This document shows, one piece after another, positions 1 to 14,928 of a stretch of 64,000 nt of DNA. The notes under the pieces were generated by a model. That model was given only the letters and a program-made list of their open reading frames with translations, ran no database searches and had not been told where the DNA came from. The stretch lies in NCBI GenBank assembly GCA_029717555.1, contig JAMDHS010000001.1, positions 620,001-684,000 on the forward strand, given 5' to 3'. A program made the position numbers and the translations under genes. Position 1 is the stretch's first letter. Every line of letters begins with the position of its first letter. The DNA comes from Peribolospora baueri (Eukaryota).

Positions 1-5
1 TCCAG

Positions 6-516
6 TGAGCTATCTGTTCCGCTCGACGGGTCAGGTCCTCGGCGTGGCCGTGTCCGGCACTCTCCTGCAGAGCCTGCTAACCTCGCAGCTCAAGGAACGC
101 ATCACTGGCGAAGGTAGTAATGAGGTGCGTGACAGACCGGCTTTCTCCGCGATCCTACACTTTCGGTTTCCAGAGGGGATCGGATTAAATGGCCGTTGTT
201 CCCCATTTTGTTGCACCACGCTGAATTCACTTGTTCACTGCCGCGCTTGCAGATCATCTCCGCGATACGACACAACGCTTCTATCGTGCCCACCCTTCCA
301 TTGGAGCTTCGCAACGCTGCAGTGGAGTCGTACCGGCATGCGCTGCGCGCCGTGTTCATCTTCATCACCGCTGTCTACATTGTCACCTTCTTGCTCTGCC
401 TTCCCATCGGCGAACACGATCTCGGCGGACTAGGGGACGAGAAGAAGGGCTGTGGAACGACGCGCGAGGAGGGTGAGCGGCCGGCTGAAGAAGGGGGGGG
501 CGAGAGGGAGGCTTGA
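6..516 (+). CDS. MFS transporter (DHA2/Vba-like), 3' end only; gene starts before the window
   Basis: Exon 6-124 reads SYLFRSTGQVLGVAVSGTLLQ, typical of a late MFS helix. Intron 125-252 (GTGCGT..CAG). Last exon IISAIRHNASIV...YRHALRAVFIFITAVYIVTFLLCLPI ends at TGA 514-516. Confidence 0.75.
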
Positions 517-551
517 ATAGACGAAGGTTTCACGTTTAGACGGACATCATG

Positions 552-553
<2 letters not shown>

Positions 554-594
<41 letters not shown>
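554..594. repeat. (TA)n microsatellite, about 20 units, between convergent genes
   Basis: Directly visible perfect TA run. Confidence 0.95.
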
Positions 595-597
<3 letters not shown>

Positions 598-923
598 GAC
601 TTTGTCGTCCGTACTGGAAGGGCTCGGACGGGATGACGGAGGTTGAGGGCGACCAGCTCCCCACTTTGCTCCCTCTCCTTTAGTCCGTTTGGCCATCCAG
701 CCCTTTTCTACTTGGATTCCGCATAGCTCTAAACCATCTCCCGGAAGGAACGAATGTAACGAGACGAGCAAGAGAAACGCGAGCGACTACGTTGTGTTTC
801 CTTTCCATTCGGGCTCGGCCGGCCACGTCAACGGATCGTCTAAGGTCTATCCGAGAACCATGCCGAGAACCATGCAGACGGCAGTATGACACGCACGTTT
901 GCGCCTATCAGAGCCGCTGCCAC

Positions 924-3807
924 TCAAACCGGATGGGCCTTTCCCTCCGGCGTGCGCGCGACCCAAGCTCCACCGCTCGTCACCTGCGCAATGATTTCCT
1001 CCACCCTCTCCTTCACGACCCTCTCGCATTCGTCCACCATCCCTCTCAGTACTTTCTCCTCGCCAAGGCTATCCTCCCCCTCCTCGTGGCCCACCAACAA
1101 ACCCTCCCACACCCTCTTCCTCCCCAAAATGGCCCAATTCTTGGTGCTCGGTATCCTCAGTGCTTCCTTCTCTGGCACATAGCCACATCGGAGGTGAAGG
1201 TTGGAGATGTAGGAGAGGTATGCGACGTTGCCTGACTGTACGGTCGTGGAGAGGAGGGTTGATGCTGGGCCACGAGAGAGGTGTTGGATGATCTCTGCTT
1301 CTCTCCTTTTCCTCCTTTCTTCCCACCCCGGGCGCCCTTCAAGTCCAGAGGGCACCACCATCAGCTGTGCCACCTCTGCATCGACGGCGCTCTGTTTCTT
1401 GGTCCTCCTGAACTTTCCATCTAGTTGCCACAGGCAACAGGGGATGTTGATAAATGATGCCCCAGGGATCTGGGCAGCCAATAGGGGGATCCAGGGCGTC
1501 AGTTCGTCTGCATGGTTGCCTATTAAGAAGGAGTTTGGTCGGAAAATGGGATCCCCGTCTGCCTGAGCGTTGCCATCATGGGAGCGTGCGGTGGGGTCAG
1601 AAGCGAGATTCGATGCTGAACGAGGACGTTGAGAGATGACCGGAGCCCTAGTGGGATCGAGGGAGCAGACCCTCAGATCTGCGACCGGCTGGAAGTTGGC
1701 CCAGCTCTTGCGCCCACGGAGGTCAAAGCCGTAGCCTTCATAGCCCTGTGGGGGCCAAAGATATGATCGCGTGCCAAACGAGACCATCAGTTGGGATATA
1801 CGCATAAGATCTTTCAAAAAACAAACTTAAGTGTGGACGGCTCCTTGTGATTCTATAATTCCGCCCGCTAGAAGCCAAGCTCACCTCGTTGTTGAGGATA
1901 TACACCAGCAGCCCGTTCCCACATCCGACGTCCACAAACCCACCCGGCGGTCTCGGCCAATCATTCCACTCTCCCGTTCCTTCTTCCCTTCCATCCTCGT
2001 TCTCTCGGACACCTCCTTCTCGACCACGTCTCGCATGACCGCCCATTGAATGGTCAGCATACATGTCCTTCCAAAGCAGCATCAACCAAGCAGCGATGCC
2101 CACATCCTCGAACAGGTGCTTCTGAGGGTCCGTAGACTCCGCCCAGATGGAGAAGAGGTGGAGGTAGCGAGCTTTCAGACGAAGATAGAGGTCTTGGTAT
2201 GGATCGCGAGGAACGATGACCTGCGTGGTGCAGAATAAATGAGGGGATCAGGACGGGTTTCCTGGGTAGGTAGAGTGAGATAGTTCACCAAATCTGTGGT
2301 GACCTGACAAGGTGCAGCCACAAATAACCAACCTACTCACATCATGCTCAACTCTCTTCCGATACCCTGTCGCTCTTCCCCACCCAAACCTGTGCAGCGT
2401 CTGTACCAATGCATTGGCCGTCCTGTACAGCCGATGGTCCGTCGGGATGGAGAGAGGGCCTTGCACGCCTTCTGCGCCGGCAGGCGTCGAGCTCGCCTCG
2501 AGCCGGTCCACATCCAGACCAGGGTAGAGCGAGCGGAGAGTCTCCGGAAAAAGCACAAACTCTATGCGCAACGTCCCGCAGACCTTTTCGCTTGTCTCCT
2601 CCTTGCCGTCTTCCACATGTGTCGAAAGCGACGCTGATGCGTCGTTCGGAATGAAGCGAAAAGCCACCGCGCGTACTTTTGGGTGATAGAACGGCACCTC
2701 GTCCGGAGACTGCGGGAGGCGGCTGACAGCGGTCGACGTCGAGGCCGAGCGGTCTGCAGTGTTTTGAGGTGGGGAGGAGGGTCCGTGAGAGGTATCCACG
2801 GGCGGTCCTCCGCAACGGTTTGGGTCCCGCTCCGGAATATAGACGACAAGTCCTTCCACCGCTGACGAGTTTTGCGACTTGTCCTCTGCCTCTGCCTCTT
2901 CGTCGTGCTTGTGATCCATTTGCTCATCTAAGCATCCGTCAAGGTCCCGAGCCCGGCCAGCATTTCTTTGAGGTTGCGAAAGAGAGCAACGACGTCGATA
3001 GAACAAGCAGCTCTGCTCAATGCTCCAGTCAATGTATGGCCTCCGAGGCAAGATTCTTCTTCTGATGCTCCTGAAAAGCTCGTAAAGCTCGTCCACTCCT
3101 TGATCGAAAGCGCTGCCGTCATTCGCCATACATCGTGGGTGGTCATCGCCGTTGCCGCGACTCGAGCCAACGCTGAGGTTGGGACCATTCGTTCTCCGGC
3201 TAACGTCCCTGTCCTCGAGGATATCAGCCCGAAGGATCGATCCAGAGTTTCGCTCTGGCTCGCGAACGAGAGTTTCCATCACGTCGAAAAAGACGGAGAC
3301 GGGAAAGTAGGCCTTGTGCGAGACGACGGGAACCCAATGCGCATCATGTAGATCGATCTGGCCCTCCTGACCCGGATTCAAAGCTTTGATGTGCCCCTGT
3401 TCGTGCTTCGAAGGATTATCGGATTCGGCGTGTTGTTTTTCATCTCGTAGGAGCAGTTGAAGCAGCTCAGTCGGGAGTATTGGTGGCGAATCTCGAGCGA
3501 GGGGACTGGGGTTGAATTTAGGTCGAGCCGGCGGCACCTGTTCCTTTGGACGTTGGTCTTTGACCTTGCCCTTGCCAGAGGGCGGCCTTCGGCCAGCTAT
3601 GTCCTCCCCTTCTGGGTTGGAAACGTGTCGTGCCGAGGAAAGAGTGACCATGGAGAACGTCCTGTGGATAGAAGGAGTCCTGTTTGCGTTCGTCTCTGCT
3701 AATGCCACCTGTGCCGCAGCGGTGGACATATGTGTCTCGTTCGCATCTCCCCCGTGTGCTCCTCTCCGTTGAGTTTGTGCCTCTACAGATGCGAAGAACA
3801 ACCTCAT
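924..3807 (-). CDS. TRM44: tRNA:Um44 2'-O-methyltransferase; 3 exons; start could be ATG 3807, 3729 or 3651
   Basis: Motifs [103 protein letters not shown]. Introns at about 2221-2340 and 1748-1885 have GT..AG ends. Confidence 0.92.
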
Positions 3808-4100
3808 GGCCGCCTTCGACGTCTGACGAAAGCTTTCGCTTTTGCTTTCCAGCTCGCTTCCTCCAGCAACCGCATAGTGGAAGATGGAGGCAGCTTGTCA
3901 GATAAGGCGGCACGTCGCGCCCCGCTCAGTCAGCCGCTGTTCGATCGGGGCGTCATTTCTGCCGTGCATGAAATGACGCACTGTCGTGCAACCGTCGCAC
4001 AACCCCACCCGCTTCCTATCCCGACTCTCACCCCGTCTCCTCCATCGCAGCTATTCTTAACTCATCTCCTCGTCTACCTTATCTCTGATCTGTTCACGAC

Positions 4101-6353
4101 ATGGGTGGGCGCATGAGCCGACGCGCAAGAGACAATGGCAACGACTCCACGGAACCTTCCCATGCCGAAGCCCCCTCTCCTTCTAACCACGAGCCTCCCT
4201 CGGGATACGGCGCCATCTCGGCCGGCCCCAGCGTCAGCGGCTCTCAACGCGATGGATCACAGTCTTCCTCTAACACACCGTTCCATCGAAGATGGGGAGG
4301 ACGAGAAGGGTCGAGTACCTCCTCGCCTCACCCGGAATCCGAACCGCTCCTGGCAGAAGCGCACACAGCTGGCAGAGCCGGAGGCAGAGGAGCTCGCAAC
4401 GCATACATGTCACTGGGTGTCAGGATCAGCTATGGGATCACCGCACTACTGTTTGCGCTCTCCTTAATCTCCCTCGTCCTGCTCATCCTCTCCCTTTTCC
4501 TCGACATGTCTCCCTTCCTGCCTCCATCTCGCTCACCGGGCCTTCTACCCTTGTGGTACGCCTTGCTCAGCTCGCTGATGGCGTTGGAGAATAACCTGCT
4601 GTTCGAGACGACTTCGACGGTCACTCGGGGCGCCCTCTCTGTGGCGTGCGCGTTCATAATCCTCCAGGGCGTTTTTCTCTTCTCCGTCAGCGAACTCCGC
4701 ACCACCGAGTCGTGGCTGGGTCTAGGCACGTGCGTTCTCGCTTTCGTCACCGCCGCATGGTACCTCGTCTCAGAATGCTTCCTTGCCAGAAAACGCCTCC
4801 TCTACCGCCTGCCTACTTCTGGTCGCCTTGCCGCCGTCCCGCTGCCGGAAACGCAGCCAAAGTGGGAGCGGAGGTGCAAGACGACGCTCTCCGTATTGTT
4901 CATGACCGTCGTCAACCTCGTATTGGTTGGCATGACGTTTGATATCGCCTTGCGGGCGTTTGATCTTGCGGAGGAGCCGAGGGGGGAGAGGGTATGGGTG
5001 AGATTAAAGGGAGAGGAGGTGGGGAGATGGGTACAAGGGAGACGGGAGTGGGTGGATCTTGACATGGAACACTTCAACAATTCGACCGTCAATCCGGACC
5101 TGGACACTCTAGGAGGAAACCTAGCCGATTTCATTGGCCCTATCGAAGCCGTATACCCGCCTCTTCCGCCCTTCCGCATCCACCTCTCTTGTCATGGCCC
5201 TACCAAACTCCCGAAACCAGGCGCGCAAGGGGTAAAGGATGTAGAGGTTCCTACTGTGCTCGTGGAAACGGAGCAGGGCGTACCTGGACAGGTGGGCGCT
5301 GAGTGGGTAGAGGAACTGAGGGAGGAAGGAAAGATCGGAAAGGTGTGCTGGTGGGATAGACCCGGGTGAGTGTTTCGTTGTCTACGCTTTCTCTGCAACA
5401 ATGTTATAGACTCACTTGTGCCCATTTTTGCTTCGATTCGGTGGATCTCTTCTTTTCCCAAACTTACTCGCCCATCCAGCTATGCTCATTCCGACCCCAC
5501 CCACAGTGCCTCCCTTCCCTTCCTTCACCTCACCCTCCTGCATGCACTGTCGGCCCATCCAAATGGAACCGTCACCGGCCCTTTTGTGCACGTCTCACAC
5601 GGTTTTGGTTATTTGCTCTCCTTCCTCCATGCGTCACTCCTTCGTCCCTCACCTTCATCCTTCCCAGCCGAGACATTCCACGCTGCCCTCTTGGTTGATC
5701 CAGACACCCCAGGAACGTGGTACGCTGACCCTCGAGCGAAGCGTTCCCTTCTTGGACTGTTTCTCAAGGACGTCCTACCACCGGTCCTGGAACCGCTTGG
5801 ACTGATACGGGCCATTGGCGTGGCGCTAGGCTACGGTCGGAGGGAGCGCATCTTGGGAAAGGGGGCTTGGCAATGGGCACGCGTGCGAGGCCGTGGGGAA
5901 CGTGATGGCAGGTTGATCCGCCGACATCTGCTCGACGCAGGAGGATCTACGCCATCCCACCTGCGCGCAGCTCTCTGGGAGCGCCTTGATCGTCAACAGC
6001 CCGCGGACGTTTCGGACCCTCGTGCGCAGTCGTTTCGCGCTCTAGAGGCCACTCGCCCTCTCTATCCCGCATCTCGACCTCACATTGTCATGTCATCCCA
6101 GGAGCGGTTAAGGAAGGATGAGGTGAGGAGGAAGGAACAGCGCTGGCTAGCGAAGGAATTTCTAGGAAAGAATGGCGGGCTGAGAAAGTGGGACGTCATT
6201 GGCCGGGGAGGCGGAGGGGGTGAGGAAGAAGGCGAAGATGGCTGGGGTGACGGCCCCATGGGGATTTGCGAGAAAGGTGAGGGGAGAAAGAAGTGTCAGG
6301 ATGCTCTTGTTGAGCTCGTTTGGAGTCGCTCTGGGGACGCTGGACAAGTTTGA
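4101..6353 (+). CDS. Multi-pass membrane protein with a C-terminal alpha/beta-hydrolase-like domain (fungal conserved hypothetical)
   Basis: About 5 hydrophobic helices in exon 1, then IHLSCHG, PTVLVE and VCWWDRPG|YAHSD (hydrolase 'DRPGYGxSD' motif) joined across intron 5366-5479 (GTGAGT..CAG). Start is ATG 4101 or 4113. Confidence 0.7.
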
Positions 6354-6778
6354 ATAAGTGGGCGAGCGCGCGTGTGGTTCGGAAGAGACTACCATCGGGT
6401 CGTGCCTCGCCTTCCAGCTTTGTCCGTCCCGTGTCATTGCGACAGCAACCTGTCACTTTAATTTTTCTGTCTCCTATAATTTGTCTGTGTTGATGGTTTC
6501 TGTATTTATAACCTGCCTCTTCTCCAATGATTCGGAATGAACACGGCTGTTTTCCTTTGACTGCGTCGTTGTGCAAGTCATGCGTGCAAAGGCAATCGCG
6601 CACGGTTCACCTCCCGCGGCCGAACAGCGCCGACGACCCCACTTCGGCTTGCCAACAGCAATCATCCATCGCCTCGCACCCAGCCAAAACTTCCTAGTCC
6701 GGATATCGTACGTTAACAGTACCGCTCTTTATCGTACCTTACCTTACCTTACCTTGATCCAGTTCCAAGACGCCAGCC

Positions 6779-8935
6779 ATGTCCACCACCACCGTCGCAA
6801 CCCCGCCCGAGTCCGTGCTGCCATCCCTCCCACGCACGTCGACGCCGCGCGACTACTTCCGGCCCGCCGCTTCTCTCTCCGCGCAAGTGGCAGGGAATGC
6901 AATGCCCGTGGGCCTTCTGGCTTGTCAGAGGGACCCGCTTCTCAGTGAGCTCGATACAGTTGTCGTTTCTGTGAAGAAAGACGGCGTCGATGCCGCAAAG
7001 GTCGAGGGTAAGGCGAATGGGGAGGCCGCGAGTGGCGGGAAGAAGAAGAAGAACGGCGGAGCAAAGGGTGGGGAAGAAAATTGGAAAAAGACGGCCGAGG
7101 TTTGGCAGGTTCAGTTGAGCGATACCGGTGAGTTTCTGAAATTCTTTTAGGTGGCCGCCGAGGATGGGATAAGGGTTTGACGGTTCACGTATGATTTTGC
7201 GGTCGCCGCCGTTCTCCTCGTCTGCTCAGCTCTCTTTCCTGAAGGTCGGTAAGAACCGTGATAAGAAAGTCGTTGGTCTATTGCACAATTATAGTTGGGG
7301 ACCGGTACGATAGGGAGCTAAAAGTGCTTTGCTCTGCCTCTGACGGTTCATGTGCAGGTGGTGGCCAGCCCTCCGACATGGGCACTCTTCAAGTCCTGAC
7401 TTCGAACCTCCCGCCGCTGGAAGTAGAATCCGTCTTGCGACGCAACCTCGACGCAGTGCACTACGTCCGGGTTCCCAACGAACTTGTTCAGGAGGCAGGC
7501 GAGGCACTTGTCAAGGGCGCGAAGGTGAAGGTGGTCGTGGAGTGGTCGAGGAGGAGGGACCATGTAAGTACCCGTGGAGCAAGACCTTCCTTCCTCTTTC
7601 CTATCGAGCGCTGATTCGAACACCGTGGCATACATGTCGCTTTTTGTTTCGCTTCTTCGTCTTTTGTTCTCTCTCTGTTTATCTCCCCCTTGATTATAAC
7701 TAATGGAGATGGAACAACACACAGGCCAGCACCTTCTTTCGGCCCTCCTCGAAGCCCTTCCCTCCTCGCTGTCCTCGCCGATCGCTCCCAACACCGCTTC
7801 TCCGTCTCCGCGCTCCATCCCAACCCTCGCTTGGGCCCTCACCGTATACCCATCTCCTTGTTACATAGAACTCCCTCGCGCTCCGACCTCAGAGGAGCTC
7901 GCATGGGTGGAGGAAAGGATGGCAGAGCTGATCGCAGAAGGTAAGAAGGTATGGGTGGAAGCGAAGAGCGGGCAGGAGAAGTTGGAAAGCATGCCCAAGG
8001 ATTATGGGATGGGTGAGGGCGGTGGCGTCGTGAGGACGGTGGAGATCGATGGCTTGGATCGCAATCCGTGAGTCCCTTCGCCCTTCATTATGCGAAAGGA
8101 GTTTTCGTGGTGCAACGGTCCCGCACCTTCGTTTGCGTATGACCGTCGTGCTGATGGCCATCTCACCTTCGTTATTACCTTGTGAAGCTGCTGCGGGACC
8201 CATTTCCCTTCCCTCTCCTTTCTCTCCATCATTTTCGTCCTCCCCGAGACCACCTCTGTCCGCGGCACCAACGTCCGGCTCTACTTCCTCGCTGGTGGCC
8301 GAGCCTCCCACCGTCTTCGCACCTTACACTCTGCCGTCCGTCGTACCGCTGCCGCCGCTGGTGGTTGCTTGACGGAGGAGTTGGGGGAGCGCGTGGAAAG
8401 CCTGGCACAGAAGGAAAGAGAGGGAAAGAGAAGGGAGAAGGCTTTGAGGGAAGAGATTGCGGCTGTCGTTGCTCAGCAGCTTGTGGATGAGGTGGAGAAG
8501 AGGTGGCGAGAGATCAAGGAGGAGACGAAAGGTGGTGGCCCTTGTGGGACTCCCACCGTGGTACTTCATCGCGAACAGGAGGCGACCTCGGATCTCGAGT
8601 TTCTTACCCTCGTCTCCAGGTTCTTCGCTTCTCCTGAACCTCCCGCCTCGGGGACGACGGCTCCTCATCTCGTCCTCCTCCTCACCGGGCCCTCCGCCCC
8701 CCTCTCAGCCCCTTCTTCCTCTGCACCCTCGCTGCTTCTCTTCGGCTCAGACCCTACGACGGTGGCAGAGGCAGGCAAAGCCCTTGTCCAGGCTGTCGGG
8801 AAAGAGAGGGTCAAGGGCGGTGGGAAAGGCAGGTGGCAGGGGAAGCTCGTTGGTGAGGCTAGATGGGCGGTCGGTGAGGTTGAGAAGATCAGGGAGGCGG
8901 CCGTCGGGGCGGGCGAGGCAAGGGCGACCGCATGA
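6779..8935 (+). CDS. AlaX/AARSD1-like alanyl-tRNA editing protein (ThrRS/AlaRS editing domain)
   Basis: Spliced motifs DTALFPEGGGQPSD, WSRRRDH|MEQHTGQHLLSA (HxxxH), IDGLDRNP|CCGTH (CxxxH) and C-terminal KGGGKGRWQGK. Introns 7128-7229, 7245-7357, 7564-7708 and 8068-8187. Confidence 0.88.
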
Positions 8936-9249
8936 GTGATGGTTCGAGCAAGGGAAGAAGGAAAGAGGGTGGATATTAGTTAGGTTGCCGATCAGACATG
9001 TCCCATTCCTGCATGCGCTTGGACTCTCCCTCCGGACCGAGAACTCGGTCATACATCAGCTACATTAGAAGCCTTCCGTGCGGAATTAGGAACACTTCAG
9101 GAAGTTGGATGGCTGCGTCAGAGCGTGTGAGCCCGTATGTCCCGGGTAGAGCGAGGAGGATGCGGCGACAAGGTCGTCGTCCCTTTGGTAGGATGCGGGC
9201 GGCGAAGTGTGTGCTTTGCTAAAACCACCACTCCAAACATTAGCGCACC

Positions 9250-10446
9250 ATGGCTCAAAACTCACCCAGCTCGGTTGACCAGGCTTGCGAAACGTTTCTG
9301 AGCGAGGTCTTCCCATCTGGTTTTGGATGCCTCCTCAGCACATCCCAGGGCGATCATAGCGACGTTCAAGACCATGCCCGCGCGCGCCCGTTCGTCACGC
9401 TCACGTATGCGCAGAGCTTGGACGCCAAGATCGCTGGTCGAGGAGGGAAGCAGTTACGGATCAGTGGGGAGGAGAGCATGAGGATGACCCACCAGTAAGT
9501 TCATAGAGAGAAAGAAAGGGGAAGACGAGCGTCCTGACCGTCTTTGAATTTGTACCATCGCCGTGAGGTTGAGGAGACTGCACGATGGCATTCTTGTTGG
9601 TGTGGGCACTGTGCTCAATGACAATCCTCAGCTCAATGGTGAGTCTACTAGGACGACCAGACATTCATATAGAATCGGAATCGCCTATCCTCCTTCACAC
9701 TCTTCTTTATATCTCGCCCCTTCTCTGCTTCATATGCCTCCCTTCTTCACCTCCCAGTCCGCATCCCGGAACCCCTCCCACCATACCTGTCCCCTCGACC
9801 GATCGTCCTTGACACCTCCTTCCGGACGCCAGTCACTTGCAAGCTCATCACTAACCACAAGCAGGGAAAAGGCAGGCAGCCGTGGGTTGTAGGAGGTCCC
9901 GGTAATGCCGAGCGCAGGGATGCGCTCCGTGCGGCAGGCGCAAGAACGTTCGAGGTGGAAAGAGACGTGGACGGTGGGAACTCGTTTCTCTACAGCCACA
10001 TCGATCGACGCGTTCAGATCACATTTGACCTTCCTTCCTCCTCGCGTACATTTCCAGGTAAACTAAGTCTCCCCTCCGTCCTCCGTCTCCTCACCTCTCC
10101 ACCATCTGCTGATGATGAAGACGACGCCGATGATGAAGGACGGCCGATCATCCGCCTGATGGTCGAAGGTGGAGCGTCGATCATATCCGCCTTCCTCTCG
10201 TCAGCAACTACGACCTCCCCTTCTACCGCAAATAGGAAGCCGACCACCACGCTCGTAGACCGACTGATCGTGACAGTTGCTCCGACACTTGTCGGTCGTG
10301 ATGGGATCGCCGTTCTGCCTGGGACGGCGCCAGCCTCCTACACCAGTGATAGCGAGGATGGTCAGGCACCCAGGTTGAAGCACATCGCTTCGCGGGCTTT
10401 TGGGAACGACACCGTCATGGCTTGCAAAGTCAACTCGGATGATTAA
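9250..10446 (+). CDS. RIB7: 2,5-diamino-6-ribosylamino-4(3H)-pyrimidinone 5'-phosphate reductase (riboflavin biosynthesis)
   Basis: RPFVTLTYAQSLDAKIAG, MTHQ|LRRLHDGILVGVGTVLNDNPQLN, PRPIVLDTSFRTP, LMVEGGASII, LIVTVAPTLVG; three GT-AG introns. Confidence 0.92.
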
Positions 10447-10622
10447 AGGACCGGATGGACGAGCCGAGCCGTCTCGAGGAAGATAGAGATTGTACGGAAA
10501 TCCATCGGCGGTCCTAGACATCGCGCGTTTTTTTTTCGTGTGCGAGACGACAACCCGCACAACGTCTGTTGGACAGATTTCTTTTATTGCAACGCTTGCG
10601 TTCCAGCCATCGTGCACTCCGT

Positions 10623-12327
<1,705 letters not shown>

Positions 12328-13077
12328 GCTCGTAGATGTGCTGAGCAATGCAATTCTAGTGGCGGAAGCTGAGGCGATACGGGAGATGGGAGAGCGTCCA
12401 AGCGAAGATGTTATCCTCAATTGAGAGACAAGAGGGCGGAGGGGCGACTGGACGAAGGAGGTCAGTGCGTTGTTGTTCTCAGCGGGAAGGCACCATCGTC
12501 GTGTTCGCCGCAGTCGCGTCCGCCGGACGTCCCCAAATTGAAGAGTAATGCCACAGGTCACTCCAAGGCCCCGCCCGTACTAGCAGCGCCCACCCGCCTC
12601 ATCCTCGAGCACGGCCAACCGCCCCTCCAGAACCGGTCGCGAACGTACGAACGCGCCGCGCTCGTCGCGGTATGGTGTCGTATTGGTATGACGGTTGATT
12701 GCAAAGAGAAGCGACGGGGGGAAGGGGGAAATGGATAGGGAAAAGAAGGGAGGATACCGTGTTCCGATCCGAAGGAAGGGCACGCTAACGAAACGGAGGG
12801 GTTAAAGGGGGGCAAGAGAAGCGGCCTACCATCCAGCATTTGGGGGGGTAGCACGGAGGACGACGGGTAGCGTGCACGCGTGGTGGATGAGTGGGTCGGT
12901 GGAGTGGATGGGTAGGAGGGGCCACGACGCTGTCGTGACCAAGGACCCCAGGGACGAGAGGAAAGAAAGGCGGGACAAGAGACTGTACCGATCCGTACCG
13001 ATCCGCACCTCGGGCGGACAAGCGAGAGAGACGAGGGCGAGAGGAAAAGAGAGAGACAGAGAGTGAGAAAGGGAACT

Positions 13078-13138
13078 AGAGAGAGAGAGAGAGAGAGAGA
13101 AAAAGAGAGAAAGAGAGAGAAAGAGAGAGAAAGAGAGA
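13078..13138. repeat. Imperfect (GA)n/(GAAA) purine tract
   Basis: Directly visible, downstream of the G-beta gene. Confidence 0.85.
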
Positions 13139-13351
13139 CTGGAAAATGTAGAGGCCAAAGAAGAGGGACGGGCCGGTGGACGGGGATAAAATCGAGGCGC
13201 GAAGGAAAGCGAACGGATCGCAGGTAAGACGTCGGAATGGTTGTGTGGGTGGATCGAGTCGGGAGGATGTGACGAAACGGGAAATAGCGGCGAGGCGACA
13301 TAGGTATCATTCGAGTCGAATCAAGAGGAAGAACCGGGAGGAGAAAGTGGC

Positions 13352-14928
13352 TCATGCCCAGACCTGTCGGTGAAAAAGAGAAAGGATGAGAAGAGGACAC
13401 GAGGTGGAAGGCGTGAGTCGGGTCGACTCCAATACCGCCATCGACCGGATACGAGAGGTTCGCTCGACGATCCCCCCCACTTGAACACGCATACTCACGA
13501 GCAATCTCGCGTCCCAGCTACCCGTGCAAAGCGCCATGCCGTCGACGCTGACGCCCAAGCACGAGACCCTGTTCTCGTGCGCCGCGAGGACGCCGACGCG
13601 CTCTCCCTTGAGCGTGTCCCAGACGTTGCAGTTGTAGTCGTCGTAGCCGGCGAAGAGGATGCGTCCGGAGACGGAGAAACCGACGGAGGTGATGCCGCAA
13701 AGGATGTTGTCGTGCGTGTATTGGTTCAGCTCCCTGTCTGCGCGGAGGTCGAACAGTCGGCACGAGGCGTCGTCTGAGCCAGTCGCGAAAGCGTCGCCGT
13801 TGGGGAAGAATCTGTGCGGTAAAAGGGGGGAGGGCAACATGAGTCCGACTTCCCGCTCGCATCCGCTAGAATATAGCATGTGGGCCGCAAGCCAGACAAA
13901 GTGACAAAGGCAAGTGGACGCACTGGACAGCGTTGATGTCGCTCTCGTGACCGGCGAACGTCTGGACGGCCTTGCCGGTGCGGATGTCCCAAATTTTGGC
14001 CATGGCGTCGCAGGCACCGGAGACGAAGATGTTTTGGTTCGGGGAGAGGGAGAGACTACGTGACGGAAGGAGGGCAAGAAAGATGGGAAGAAGGGTTCGG
14101 GGGATGAGGGAATTTGGCCGGTTAATCAATGGGACGTGTCCCCATGACGATTCCCTCCCGGCTAGTAGTGCGCTCACCTCATCACGTCACCGGTGTGGTC
14201 GGTGAACTCCATGACCCTGACGCCGGCGTCGATGTCCCAGAGCATGCACGTCATGTCGCCAGACGAAGTGAGGATCTGACGATCGTTGATGAAACGACAG
14301 CAGGAGAGGTAACCAGTGTGGGCGGAGAGCTCGCGGGCGACCTTGACGTTGCCATCCTTGGAGCGGAGGTTGTAGATGGAGCAGATGTTGTCAAGACCAC
14401 CGCAGGCGACGTAGTTGCCGCTGGCGGCGTAGGCGCACGTCATGACCCAGGAGGAGCGGAGGGGGATGGCGTGGACCTTGTTGGTGGTGTAAGCGTCCCA
14501 GACGATCAGCTTTCCGTCCTGGGAGGCGGAAACAAGATGTCGCTTGTCGGCGGACCAGTGCATGGCGTAAATCTTGGCCAGGTGGCCTTTGAGAGTCCGG
14601 CGGGGCTTCATCACGATGCGCGGAAGAGGCTCGATCTCGGCGGCCATGGCTCGGACTGAGTGGGTGTGAGCGGGCGGTGAAGGAGGGAAAGGCGAGGGGT
14701 GAGCATGCGAGCAGAGATAGAGACGGTGCGACACATAAACGAACGGACGAAGATGAGGAGCAGGGGGAGGGCGGTGGTCGAGGTGGGAATGAGGGAGAAG
14801 GACGACGACGACGACTACTCACGGCTGGTGTCAGCCATCTGATCTCTTCTGGACCGAATCTTCTCCTTGAGGCTCTCGGCCTCGCGACGAGCAGCGGCGA
14901 TCTTTTCTTGGATATCGGCGGCGGACAT
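13352..14928 (-). CDS. GPB1: Heterotrimeric G-protein beta subunit (WD40)
   Basis: [24 protein letters not shown] coiled coil, [81 protein letters not shown]..|VWA*; 4 introns. Confidence 0.97.

Noticed and set aside
13352..14928. G-beta gene as a hint of a mating-type locus
   Set aside because: No pheromone precursor, STE3 receptor or homeodomain genes were seen in the window.
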